Shown here piece by piece: positions 1 through 8,576 of a stretch of 20,000 bases of DNA. Position 1 is the first letter of the stretch. Each line of letters opens with the position of its first letter. The notes under the pieces are model-generated. The model was given only the letters and a program-made list of their open reading frames with translations. It was not told where the DNA came from and ran no database searches. The DNA is from a bacterium UBP13_UBA5359. GTDB lineage: Bacteria; UBP13; UBA5359. Location: contig DHPR01000027.1 of assembly GCA_002410925.1 (NCBI GenBank), forward strand, positions 57,676-77,675, in the 5' to 3' direction. Position numbers and translations under genes: made by a program.

Positions 1-465
1 CAACGGCATCTCACCCAGACGTTGCAGCACATCAAGAAAATTGCCCTCCCAGTGAAAACGAAGCACTCTGCCTCCGGCTTCCGTGCGTGCTATTACTTCC
101 GCATTCAGGCATTCACCGAACTCCAGCCCCTCCCCGGGATGCACACGCCTACCCGGTCTGACCAAACATTCCCATTCACCACGCCTGATTTCATGCAGCA
201 ACAGAACCTCTACTACACCTCCGGTCTGGCGCCTGCCGAATAGCCGGGCAGGTATAACCCTGGTATCATTGATTACCAGCAGGTCCCCCTCCTTTAGATA
301 ATCGAGAATATCATAAAAAATGCGATGCTCTACTCTGCCACTATCACGATTTATAACCATCAGTCGGCAGGTATCACGCGGCTCTGCCGGCTCCTGGGCT
401 ATAAACTCAGGCGGCAGATGATAATTATAATCCGAAAGCAGAAGATCGTGGCTCGAAGCCGTCAT
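1..465 (-). CDS. queA: S-adenosylmethionine:tRNA ribosyltransferase-isomerase QueA, N-terminal part (runs off the left edge)
   Basis: Not in the ORF track; translated by hand from the ATG at 465: MTASSHDLLLSDYNYHLPPEFIAQEPAEPRDTCRLMV...GDLLVINDTRVIPARLFG...EVLLL...LGEMPL. This has the QueA motifs Y-x-LP-x-E-x-IAQ-x-P and NDTRVIPARL. The start overlaps the queH stop (ATGA). Confidence 0.95.
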   Translation of the reverse strand, partial: MTASSHDLLLSDYNYHLPPEFIAQEPAEPRDTCRLMVINRDSGRVEHRIFYDILDYLKEGDLLVINDTRVIPARLFGRRQTGGVVEVLLLHEIRRGEWECLVRPGRRVHPGEGLEFGECLNAEVIARTEAGGRVLRFHWEGNFLDVLQRLGEMPL

Positions 466-1019
466 CGGCCTGCCTCCCGCCGGCGGTAATATCTGTCTCG
501 CTCACTAAGAATGCAACCACAGTAAGCCTGCAGATATATGCCTCGTTCTCTTATCTCTTGCTTAGCGGCGGGCCACCCCGGACGCCAATCGCGGTAAATG
601 AATTCGATATCATAACGTTCACCCTCCTCGGTAGCGACTTGGGCTATCATATCATGTTGTTGATAGGGACTGACCAATAAAGTGGTGGAATAAAAATGAT
701 ATCCCTCCATTGCAGCTCGAGCAGCGGCTGCCGACAGACGCCAACGATAGCATTCCAGACATCTGTTCTCAGCCTGCAGAGTCCTCTTCAGCCAGTCTTC
801 CAATGGATATGACTCTTCCGTCTGCAAGGATAGTCCTTCATTAACGGCAATGCATCGCAATGCCGCCAGGCGTTTTTTGAATTCTGTGAAAGGTTGTATA
901 TTGGGGTTAAAAAAGTACCCCCTCGGCTCCAGGCCTTCTCGCCGCAGCTCTCTTATCGGATGAAGAGAGCATGGTCCACAGCATATATGCAGCAAAATAT
1001 CTTTATGCCCTGTGTTCAC
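462..1019 (-). CDS. queH: Epoxyqueuosine reductase QueH (DUF208)
   Basis: LLHICCGPCS, FFNPNIQP, RCLECY-x-x-RL, STTLLVSPYQ and C-terminal YCGC Fe-S motifs; adjacent to queA; GTG start. Confidence 0.92.
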   Translation of the reverse strand: MNTGHKDILLHICCGPCSLHPIRELRREGLEPRGYFFNPNIQPFTEFKKRLAALRCIAVNEGLSLQTEESYPLEDWLKRTLQAENRCLECYRWRLSAAAARAAMEGYHFYSTTLLVSPYQQHDMIAQVATEEGERYDIEFIYRDWRPGWPAAKQEIRERGIYLQAYCGCILSERDRYYRRREAGR

Positions 1020-1022
1020 TGC

Positions 1023-2057
1023 TTAAATCTCCAGATTGTACTGATCAAATGGCTGTTCCGAATAACCGTAAGGTAATTTAAAGTGCTCGTAGGCCAGCCG
1101 CGTAGCCTTTCTACCTCTGGGAGTACGGTTAAGATAGCCGATTTGGATCAGATAGGGCTCATAAACGAACTCCAACGTGTCTCGCTCTTCATTTAAAGAG
1201 GCCGCAATCGTGTCTATACCGACAGGTCCGCCATCAAATTTCTCTATAATCGATAAAAGATAGCTTCGGTCCAGCCGGTCCAGGCCGCAATGGTCCACAT
1301 CCAACATCTCCAGGGCATCCACAGCCACTTCAGCATCTATGCAACCGTCGGCTCTTATCTGTGCATAATCGCGAACGCGTTTGAGAAGGCGATTAGCTAT
1401 ACGGGGCGTCCCCCGTGAACGGCGGGCTATCTCTGCAGCACCGCTCTCGGTTATATCTACATTCAGTATACCAGCCGATCTAGTGATAATAATACATAGA
1501 TCCCCGGGCGTATAATACTCGAAATGAAAGGAGATTCCGAAACGATCCCTGAGCGGCGAAGTCAGCAATCCCGTTCTGGTAGTAGCCCCTATCAGAGTAA
1601 AGGGTGCCAGAGGCAAGGTATACGATCTGGCGCTGGGACCCTTGCCAATAACCATATCGAATTTAAAATCCTCGATAGCGGGATAGAGGCGCTCCTCCAC
1701 CACCCTTCCTAGACGGTGTATCTCATCTATAAAGAGAATATCATGTTCTTGGAGATTGGTAAGCAATGCGGCCAGATCACCGGTATGCTCTATGGCCGGA
1801 CCAGAGGTAACCTTGACACCCACTCCCATTTCATGAGCAATAATGCCGGCCAGCGTCGTCTTTCCCAGACCCGGAGGCCCGTAAAGCAGAACATGATCTA
1901 ATGCCTCTCTCCTGCCCTGAGCGGCTTCTATGCAGATCTTCAGGTTTTCCCTGACATGCTGCTGACCGATGAAGTCCTCCAGCTGGCGAGGCCGTAAAGA
2001 ACGCTCCAGTTCAAAATCCTCTTCATATTGATTAGCAGCTGTTACACGATCAGACAT
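1023..2057 (-). CDS. ruvB: Holliday junction branch migration helicase RuvB
   Basis: LRP, Walker [10 protein letters not shown], Walker [20 protein letters not shown] and RTPRGR motifs. Confidence 0.99.
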   Translation of the reverse strand: MSDRVTAANQYEEDFELERSLRPRQLEDFIGQQHVRENLKICIEAAQGRREALDHVLLYGPPGLGKTTLAGIIAHEMGVGVKVTSGPAIEHTGDLAALLTNLQEHDILFIDEIHRLGRVVEERLYPAIEDFKFDMVIGKGPSARSYTLPLAPFTLIGATTRTGLLTSPLRDRFGISFHFEYYTPGDLCIIITRSAGILNVDITESGAAEIARRSRGTPRIANRLLKRVRDYAQIRADGCIDAEVAVDALEMLDVDHCGLDRLDRSYLLSIIEKFDGGPVGIDTIAASLNEERDTLEFVYEPYLIQIGYLNRTPRGRKATRLAYEHFKLPYGYSEQPFDQYNLEI

Positions 2058-2167
2058 TCCTTATCATCTCCGTTTTAGCCCATAAATTTTTAGCCTTTTA
2101 ACAGTATCCCGGCAGGCTATTCAGCCCTGACGATATTCTCCTTCTGCTAAATTTCCAACCCGCCGTA

Positions 2168-2761
2168 TCAATGCCCCAGAGACTTGAGTGCTTCACGAAT
2201 AACGGCTTCAACCCCGTTCTCTCGTTCAGCCGCATCAATCCGTCTGACCGCCTCAGTTGCACGCTGACGGCTGTAACCCAGCTCCACCAGCACGGTAATA
2301 GCCTCAGCAACCGTATCGCCTATGCCGGCTGAGACTTCGCCTTCATCGATTAGCAGATCGTCTTTGATCTTATCCTTTAAATCCACTACAATACGTTCAG
2401 CCGTCTTTCGGCCCACTCCCTGCGCCTTAACTAGAGTCGCCACCTCACCCGTAGCGATAGCGGCCTTAAGGCGTCCCAGCGTATTAGAAGAGATCAGCAT
2501 CTGAGCGACCTTGAGGCCAACGCCGGAAACTCCGAGCAGAAGTTCAAAAAACTCCCTGGCTTCTGCGGTAAGAAAACCTACCAGCGTTATGGCATCCGCT
2601 CTGACACAAGTATGTATATGAAGGCGTACCTCCTCACCCACAGCAGGCAACCTGGATATAGCCGATGGATGCAACTCCACTCGATAGCCTACCCCGCCAG
2701 CTATAATAATAACGTAATTCTCTCTAACTTCAAGCAATTCTCCTGCCAGATAAGCTATCAT
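2168..2761 (-). CDS. ruvA: Holliday junction DNA-binding protein RuvA
   Basis: MIAYLAG...GGVGY, HhH motifs VSGVG and GVGRKTAERI, C-terminal LVELGY. Start placed at ATG 2761, which overlaps the ruvC stop. Confidence 0.97.
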   Translation of the reverse strand: MIAYLAGELLEVRENYVIIIAGGVGYRVELHPSAISRLPAVGEEVRLHIHTCVRADAITLVGFLTAEAREFFELLLGVSGVGLKVAQMLISSNTLGRLKAAIATGEVATLVKAQGVGRKTAERIVVDLKDKIKDDLLIDEGEVSAGIGDTVAEAITVLVELGYSRQRATEAVRRIDAAERENGVEAVIREALKSLGH

Positions 2762-3243
2762 CCCAATCCCCTCATAGGCACTGCGTGAATATGGCAAACC
2801 GCCACCGCCATAGCGTCAGCTGCATCATCCGGCTTAGGTATTTCCCGCAGCCCCAAAATACTCTTTACCATAAATTGTACCTGCTCCTTGGAAGCACGGC
2901 CATAGCCCACAACCGCTTGCTTGACCTGAAGCGGCGTATATTCTGCCACCGGCAAGCCTGCATTGGCAGCCGCCAAAACAGCCACGCCTCGAGCCTGCCC
3001 CACAGCGATAGCCGTAGTCACATTACGACAGAAAAAGAGCTCCTCAACCGCCGCTTCATGCGGTTGAAAAGCAGCAATCCTGGCACTTAGCTCCCGATAA
3101 ATAATCTGCAACCGCCGGGCAGGATCCTCTCCGGCCGTAGTGACAATCACCCCGTAATCCAATGCGCACAAAGACTGGTTTCGCTTTTCGATAAAGGCAT
3201 ACCCGGTTATAGCCGTACCGGGATCTATCCCCAGGACTATCAT
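2758..3243 (-). CDS. ruvC: Crossover junction endodeoxyribonuclease RuvC
   Basis: LGIDPG, VEELFF, EYTPLQVKQAVVGYGRASKEQV and PDDAADA motifs. Confidence 0.99.
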   Translation of the reverse strand: MIVLGIDPGTAITGYAFIEKRNQSLCALDYGVIVTTAGEDPARRLQIIYRELSARIAAFQPHEAAVEELFFCRNVTTAIAVGQARGVAVLAAANAGLPVAEYTPLQVKQAVVGYGRASKEQVQFMVKSILGLREIPKPDDAADAMAVAVCHIHAVPMRGLG

Positions 3244-3262
3244 AATCCCACCGATAAATAGT

Positions 3263-3298
3263 AAAAAGAGCAGGAACGACCTCCGCTCCTGCCCTTTT
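3263..3298 (-). terminator. Intrinsic terminator between yebC and ruvC
   Basis: Minus strand GGGCAGGAGCG-gaggt-CGTTCCTGCTC followed by TTTTT; 11-bp stem with G-U pairs. Confidence 0.75.
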
Positions 3299-3318
3299 CA
3301 ACTAGCAATCCCGCTGAC

Positions 3319-4065
3319 CTAACCGATCTGCTCAAGAATATCCTCCGGGATGTCAAAATTAGAATGAACCTTCTGGACATCATCATGCTCCTCCAGCATA
3401 TCCATAAGGCGCAACATCTGCTGAGCCTCCTTGCCGGCCAGAGCTATAGTATTTTGAGGAATCATAGTCACCTCGGAAGAAGTCGGTTTGTAACCCGCCT
3501 CTTCGACGGCCGTGCGCACAGCATCCAAATTCTCAGGCGCAGTCACTATTTCAAGAACGTCGTCATCACTCTTAATATCTTCAGCCCCGGCATCGAGCGT
3601 CGCCATGAGCAGTTCATCTTCATCGATGCCTTGAGCATCTATCTGAATCAATCCTTTGCTATCAAACATCCAGGCTACGCAGCCGCTCTCACCCAGATTG
3701 CCGCCGCTGCGTGAAAAAATATTTCTGATCTCAGGTAATGTTCGATTTCTATTATCAGTCATCGCCTCAATGTAAACAGCTGCCCCCCCCGGACCGTAAC
3801 CTTCATAAGAAATCTCCTCGTAAGTAACGCCTTCAAGCTCACCCGTTCCACGTTGAATGGCACGCTTGATATTGTCGGCCGGCATATTTACTTCCCTGGC
3901 CTTGAGCATGGCATTGCGCAGCCGGACATTACTGTCAGGATCGCCGCCTCCTGTCCTGGCCGCCACAATGATCTCTTTGGTTACGCGGGTAAATGCTTTG
4001 CCTCTTTCGGCATCCATTTTACCCTTTTTCAATCTTATATTATGCCATTTGGAATGACCTGCCAT
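3319..4065 (-). CDS. yebC: YebC/PmpR (TACO1) family protein
   Basis: MAGHSKW, YEGYGPGG, TDNRNRT and DDVQ-x-V-x-x-N motifs; conserved position upstream of ruvCAB. Confidence 0.98.
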   Translation of the reverse strand: MAGHSKWHNIRLKKGKMDAERGKAFTRVTKEIIVAARTGGGDPDSNVRLRNAMLKAREVNMPADNIKRAIQRGTGELEGVTYEEISYEGYGPGGAAVYIEAMTDNRNRTLPEIRNIFSRSGGNLGESGCVAWMFDSKGLIQIDAQGIDEDELLMATLDAGAEDIKSDDDVLEIVTAPENLDAVRTAVEEAGYKPTSSEVTMIPQNTIALAGKEAQQMLRLMDMLEEHDDVQKVHSNFDIPEDILEQIG

Positions 4066-4159
4066 ACCTTAATTACCTTCCCTATATTAAATGTAGAACA
4101 GACTGTCCTATATTCCTTTTTCAAGCTTTCCTGCCTACAAGTTTACAAATTACATCATG

Positions 4160-4188
4160 ATTTTATCATAAAACGGGTTCTTTTTGAA
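4160..4188 (-). promoter_or_regulatory. Putative sigma70/SigA promoter for yebC
   Basis: Minus strand TTCAAA-17 bp-TAAAAT with an extended -10 TG. Confidence 0.55.
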
Positions 4189-4281
4189 GCTACGATGTGG
4201 CAGCGGTGCATGTGAAGCGTGGAAATATTTGGATATTCGGGCACATTTACAGCCTCAGCCACTCCTAAAACAGCCGATATC

Positions 4282-4310
4282 TTGCATAGCTTCTTTGCGT
4301 GTGATAGTAT
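4282..4310 (+). promoter_or_regulatory. Putative sigma70/SigA promoter for the ROK/PIG-L pair
   Basis: TTGCAT-17 bp-TAGTAT with TGn immediately before the -10. Confidence 0.6.
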
Positions 4311-4411
4311 GAAATAAAAGTTTTTCTTAATGAGTAAAAAAAGTCCTGTTCAATAGAGAATTCGGAGTTCCGTGATAGAACTCTGGCATAAAAAAGGAGG
4401 CAGATTGAAGA

Positions 4412-5812
4412 ATGGATATATCCGCTATTATTAAGGTTAAGCCCAAGTTTGTACCACCTCTGGATCAGGATTTTGTACCGGCTTCCCTGATCAACCGTAA
4501 ATTCCGCGAACTGGTAAAGGAAAGTGGCGGCGGAGTTCCCCTAAAGCTAGCCTTGGAGAGAGCCGACGGTTCCATCTCTACCTACTCCACCTCGGTTTTT
4601 AAATCCGATTCGCCTTACGCACAGGCTAATCTACCGTATGTGGAGAGAATAGTCAAATTTCTTCTCTGGCAGCGAGGCAGCTGGAAGATTTACGTAGGCG
4701 GTCCTGCGGATATCGGCGAGTATATAAAGAAGACTTACTCGGCCGATGGTGCCAGAGCCTTTGATGCAAATTTTATGGGCAATGTTTATGAACGTCCCTT
4801 CACTGTGGAGGTGACCGCCGTAGATGATGTTCCCGGAGATGATGAAGAATCGATTCCGCTGGGACGGCATCTAGATGGCTGCCGCGTAGGCTTCGATCTG
4901 GGAGCCAGCGACCGAAAAGCCAGTGCCGTTATTGATGGAGAACCTGTTTACAGTGAAGAAGTGCCCTGGGATCCACGCAATGCTACCGATCCCGAATACC
5001 ATTATCAAGGCATAATGGCTGCCATCCGCCGTGCAGCTGAGAAACTGCCCAGATTGGATGCCGTCGGCGGCAGTGCAGCCGGAGTCTACATTAACAACCG
5101 CGTGCGCGTGGCCTCCTTGTATAGAGGTATTCCCAAGGATGAATTCGATGCCAAAATCGTCAATATTTTCCTGCGTATACGTGATGAACTCGGCGTGCCC
5201 ATGGAAGTAGTCAACGATGGAGAGGTAACAGCTCTGGCCGGCTCAATGTCACTGGGAGAGAATCCTGTCCTCGGTATAGCCATGGGCTCCAGCGAAGCAG
5301 TCGGATATGTCAATGCCGCCGGCAATATCACCGGCTGGCTTAATGAACTGGCCTTCGCTCCCATAGATTACAGGCCGAATGCACCGGCAGATGAATGGTC
5401 CGGCGATATTGGATGCGGCGTTCAGTATTTCTGCCAAGTTGGCGCCATCAGAGTAGCCGAGGGAGCTGGCATGGTCTTTGATTCCAATCTGAAACTACCG
5501 GAAAAACTGGTAGTGCTTCAGGAGAGAATGGAGCAGGAAGATCCCTTGGCCCGAAAGGTTTACGAAACGATAGGCACATCGCTGGGTTATGCCCTGGCTC
5601 ATTATGCTGATTTCTACAATCTTAACAGAGTGCTTATTCTAGGACGTGTTACCACCGGCAAGGGTGGCGATATCATGCTTGCCCAGGCAGAGCGGGTGCT
5701 AAAGGCCGATTTCCCGGAAATAGCCGATAAGATCAAAATCTCTCTGCCTGATGAGAAGAGCAGACGCGTCGGACAATCCATAGCTGCAGCCAGTCTGCCG
5801 GAGATTCAATAG
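4412..5812 (+). CDS. ROK-family protein (probable sugar kinase) with a roughly 150-aa N-terminal extension
   Basis: GFDLGASDRK phosphate-1 motif, VVNDGEVTALAG (ROK ND motif), LGIAMGSSEAVG, NELAF; strong RBS AAGGAGG. Confidence 0.8.
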   Translation: MDISAIIKVKPKFVPPLDQDFVPASLINRKFRELVKESGGGVPLKLALERADGSISTYSTSVFKSDSPYAQANLPYVERIVKFLLWQRGSWKIYVGGPADIGEYIKKTYSADGARAFDANFMGNVYERPFTVEVTAVDDVPGDDEESIPLGRHLDGCRVGFDLGASDRKASAVIDGEPVYSEEVPWDPRNATDPEYHYQGIMAAIRRAAEKLPRLDAVGGSAAGVYINNRVRVASLYRGIPKDEFDAKIVNIFLRIRDELGVPMEVVNDGEVTALAGSMSLGENPVLGIAMGSSEAVGYVNAAGNITGWLNELAFAPIDYRPNAPADEWSGDIGCGVQYFCQVGAIRVAEGAGMVFDSNLKLPEKLVVLQERMEQEDPLARKVYETIGTSLGYALAHYADFYNLNRVLILGRVTTGKGGDIMLAQAERVLKADFPEIADKIKISLPDEKSRRVGQSIAAASLPEIQ

Positions 5813-5821
5813 GAGGAAATC

Positions 5822-6670
5822 ATGAAGCTCAATAAAGAGACATTTGAAATATATGTTCCCGACGGGATTGACACCGCCGCCGCCCTGGCAAGAACTACGC
5901 ACATGGCCGTTTCCGCTCATCAGGATGATATTGAGATCATGGCTATGGATGGCGTGCTGCAGTGCTTCGGAAAATCCGATAAATGGTTTACAGGCGTCGT
6001 AGCCACTAATGGTGCCGGCAGTCCGCGCGACGGTTTCTATGCCGATTATAATGATGAGCAGATGAGAACTATCAGGCGCAAAGAACAGAAAAAAGCTGCC
6101 TATGTAGGAGAATATTCAGCTGCCGTCTTTCTAGATCATTCAAGCGCCGAAATGAAGGATTCATCCTATCCCGGCGCAATAGATGATCTGAAGGCATTGC
6201 TTCAGGTCGCACGGCCGGAAACGGTATATGTGCATAACCCTGCCGATAAACACCCCACGCACGTTTGTACAGCTATCAGACTTATACAGGCCATAAGAAG
6301 CCTGCCCAAGGATGAAAGGCCGAATAAGCTTTACGGCTGCGAAGTCTGGCGTGACCTGGATTGGATGATCGATGAGGATAAGGTGGCCTTTAATCTGGAC
6401 AAGCATGAAAACATTGCTGCATCCGTTCTGGGAGTCTTCGATTCGCAGATAATCGGCGGCAAGCGCTACGATCTGGCCAGTATGGGGCGCCGTCGTGCGC
6501 ATGCGACCTACCATCAAAGCCATGCCGTGGATGCATGTGGTATGCTCAATTTCGGCATGGACCTAACACCGTTGATTCAGGACGATACTCTGGATCTGCT
6601 GAATTACGTTCGTGAATATATTGGGCGTTTTGCCGCCGAAGTATCTGAAAATATCAGTAAGTTCGTTTGA
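5822..6670 (+). CDS. PIG-L/LmbE-family N-acetyl-sugar deacetylase
   Basis: SAHQDDIE (H-x-D-D Zn motif), T-x-G-x-G, RRKEQ-x-x-AA and DKHPTH; RBS AGGAGG; starts 9 bp after the ROK gene. Confidence 0.85.
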   Translation: MKLNKETFEIYVPDGIDTAAALARTTHMAVSAHQDDIEIMAMDGVLQCFGKSDKWFTGVVATNGAGSPRDGFYADYNDEQMRTIRRKEQKKAAYVGEYSAAVFLDHSSAEMKDSSYPGAIDDLKALLQVARPETVYVHNPADKHPTHVCTAIRLIQAIRSLPKDERPNKLYGCEVWRDLDWMIDEDKVAFNLDKHENIAASVLGVFDSQIIGGKRYDLASMGRRRAHATYHQSHAVDACGMLNFGMDLTPLIQDDTLDLLNYVREYIGRFAAEVSENISKFV

Positions 6671-6708
6671 TTGATTGATTGAACGCCAAGATGCGTTTGC
6701 GATCTTCC

Positions 6709-6865
6709 GCAGCGGGCGTTTCGGCTCCNNNNNNNNNNNNNNNNNNNNNNNNNNNNNNNNNNNNNNNNNNNNNNNNNNNNNNNNNNNNNNNNNNNNNNNN
6801 NNNNNNNNNNNNNNNNNNNNNNNNNNNNNNNNTTTCGGCTCTCTCAGAGCCGAAACGCCCGCTGC
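6709..6865. terminator. Perfect 19-bp inverted repeat spanning assembly gap 1; probable terminator between the convergent PIG-L and nikR genes
   Basis: GCAGCGGGCGTTTCGGCTC (6709-6727) is the exact reverse complement of GAGCCGAAACGCCCGCTGC (6847-6865), which is followed by TTTAT. Confidence 0.6.
6729..6832. other. Assembly gap (104 N)
   Basis: Run of N. Confidence 1.
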
Positions 6866-6895
6866 TTTATCTTAAAGAAGAACGAGCTTTGCCTC

Positions 6896-7309
6896 TCATA
6901 ATGTTCCACCGGTAGTACATACCAGCTTACCATGAATAACGCCACGAATACTTATCAGACTGTCCGCAATGTGCTGCACCTGTTTTGCCGTACCCCGTAT
7001 AACGATAACTTCAAGACAATTATGTTCATCCAGATGTACATGGGTAGTGCAGACTATTGCATCATGGTTGTGATGCTGGATATCGCTCAGAACACGGGAC
7101 AGCTCTCTGGTATGGTGATCATAAACAATGGTGACCGTTCCCATAACCTGTCCCTCTCCAGTCTCCCACTTCTGTTCTACCAGATAAGCGCGCATGATGT
7201 CACGTATGGCCTCAGATCGGCTGGTATACCCCTTAAGATCGATATGCTTATCGAATGTTTCCACGAGTTCTCTGGGCAGAGAGACTCCAAAACGCACTAT
7301 ATCGCTCAT
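6896..7309 (-). CDS. nikR: Nickel-responsive transcriptional regulator NikR
   Basis: Ribbon-helix-helix N-terminus RFGVSL...SRSEAIRD; Ni-site residues in YDHH, HVHL and HNCLE. Confidence 0.95.
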   Translation of the reverse strand: MSDIVRFGVSLPRELVETFDKHIDLKGYTSRSEAIRDIMRAYLVEQKWETGEGQVMGTVTIVYDHHTRELSRVLSDIQHHNHDAIVCTTHVHLDEHNCLEVIVIRGTAKQVQHIADSLISIRGVIHGKLVCTTGGTL

Positions 7310-7380
7310 ATACCTTCCCCCCGGTTTATTTTTGCCAACCTTTTTATCTTAACTGGCTAAGCCAGATAGTTATTGTTCCC

Positions 7381-7526
7381 NNNNNNNNNNNNNNNNNNNN
7401 NNNNNNNNNNNNNNNNNNNNNNNNNNNNNNNNNNNNNNNNNNNNNNNNNNNNNNNNNNNNNNNNNNNNNNNNNNNNNNNNNNNNNNNNNNNNNNNNNNNN
7501 NNNNNNNNNNNNNNNNNNNNNNNNNN
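7381..7526. other. Assembly gap (146 N)
   Basis: Run of N. Confidence 1.
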
Positions 7527-7656
7527 AACTCTGGTAATTTGAGAGTCTCAACAGCGCTCTGACATTGCTTAATCAGGACTCGTATAATATGTTCCACCAA
7601 ACGATTTGCGCTCTGTTTGAATACCGGCAGCCTCGTTAATTAACTGTTAAGCCTTT

Positions 7657-8496
7657 CTATCTGTTTCGGCCAAGATAATCGGCCAAAATATTAAAGCGTT
7701 GCCTGTCCAGGCCCCAAGAGCAATCAGAAGCATAGCAAGCACAGGTATCGCCATGCCAATCGCTGCCACCGGTAACAATCAATCCATGGCGCTCAGACGT
7801 ATCTATATAGCGTTTAACCTGCTCAGGTGTGTGGGCAGGATGGAATACCTCCAGCCCCTGTAGGCCGGCCTTTATAAATGTAGAAATATACTCATCCATA
7901 TCTGCCAAACCGGGATGAGCCATCACGGCCGTTCCTCCGGAGTTGCGTATAAGCTCCACCGCGTGCACAGGTGACAATCTGTACCTCTCTACATAAGCAA
8001 GCTTGCCTCGTCCCAAATATCTGTCGAAAGCATCAGCAACATTATCAGCATAACCGGCTTCTACCATGGCTCTGGCCAGATGTGGCCTGCCCATCGCTCC
8101 TGCTCCTGCCAGTTTACAAATGCGTTCATGCGATATAACAATACCCAGACGGTTTAATTTGCCTATCATGGCTGCCAACCTTTTCTCTCTGGAGAAACGA
8201 AATAGTTGCAATTCTCGTTGTAATTCTTTATTCTCCATCCTGAAATTATAACCCAAAAAATGAGCCTCCTTGCTCTCCATTACAGTGCTCAATTCTATAC
8301 CGGGAATCATGATAATTCCCTGTTTTTCAGCAGCTTGTTGAGCTTCTTTCAACCCATCAGTCGTATCATGATCGGTCAGTGACATCGCTCCCAGCTCAAA
8401 TTTACTTAGCCTCTCTACCAGTTCAGAAGGAGATAGCAGGCCATCGGAGGCAGAGGAATGGAGATGCAAATCAGCAAAAACCCTTCTTTTATCCAT
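7657..8496 (-). CDS. PHP-domain phosphoesterase (YciV/TrpH-like)
   Basis: DLHLHSSASDG, LTDHDT, GIELS, GRPHLA, AHP and TGGSDWHG motifs. Confidence 0.93.
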   Translation of the reverse strand: MDKRRVFADLHLHSSASDGLLSPSELVERLSKFELGAMSLTDHDTTDGLKEAQQAAEKQGIIMIPGIELSTVMESKEAHFLGYNFRMENKELQRELQLFRFSREKRLAAMIGKLNRLGIVISHERICKLAGAGAMGRPHLARAMVEAGYADNVADAFDRYLGRGKLAYVERYRLSPVHAVELIRNSGGTAVMAHPGLADMDEYISTFIKAGLQGLEVFHPAHTPEQVKRYIDTSERHGLIVTGGSDWHGDTCACYASDCSWGLDRQRFNILADYLGRNR

Positions 8497-8513
8497 AAAA
8501 CATCCCTATTAAT

Positions 8514-8545
8514 ATGAAACAAAGCGGAGTGCCGCTTTGTTTCAT
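8514..8545. terminator. Perfect 14-bp hairpin downstream of spoVS; likely terminator or processing stem
   Basis: ATGAAACAAAGCGG-agtg-CCGCTTTGTTTCAT. Confidence 0.7.
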
Positions 8546-8576
8546 CAATGATTATCTAATTTTTCCGGGAACCCGC

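Noticed and set aside
22..301. Two short plus-strand ORFs
   Set aside because: Antisense to queA, which the ORF track missed because its stop lies outside the window.
2762..2797. Longer ruvA start given by the ORF track (also the longer starts at 10825 for gamma and 19159 for obgE)
   Set aside because: These extensions overlap upstream genes or a terminator; family N-termini and RBS positions support 2761, 10774 and 19123.
6675..6915. ORFs spanning gap 1 (likewise those spanning gap 2 at 7255-7600)
   Set aside because: Open only because N codons contain no stops; no coding evidence.
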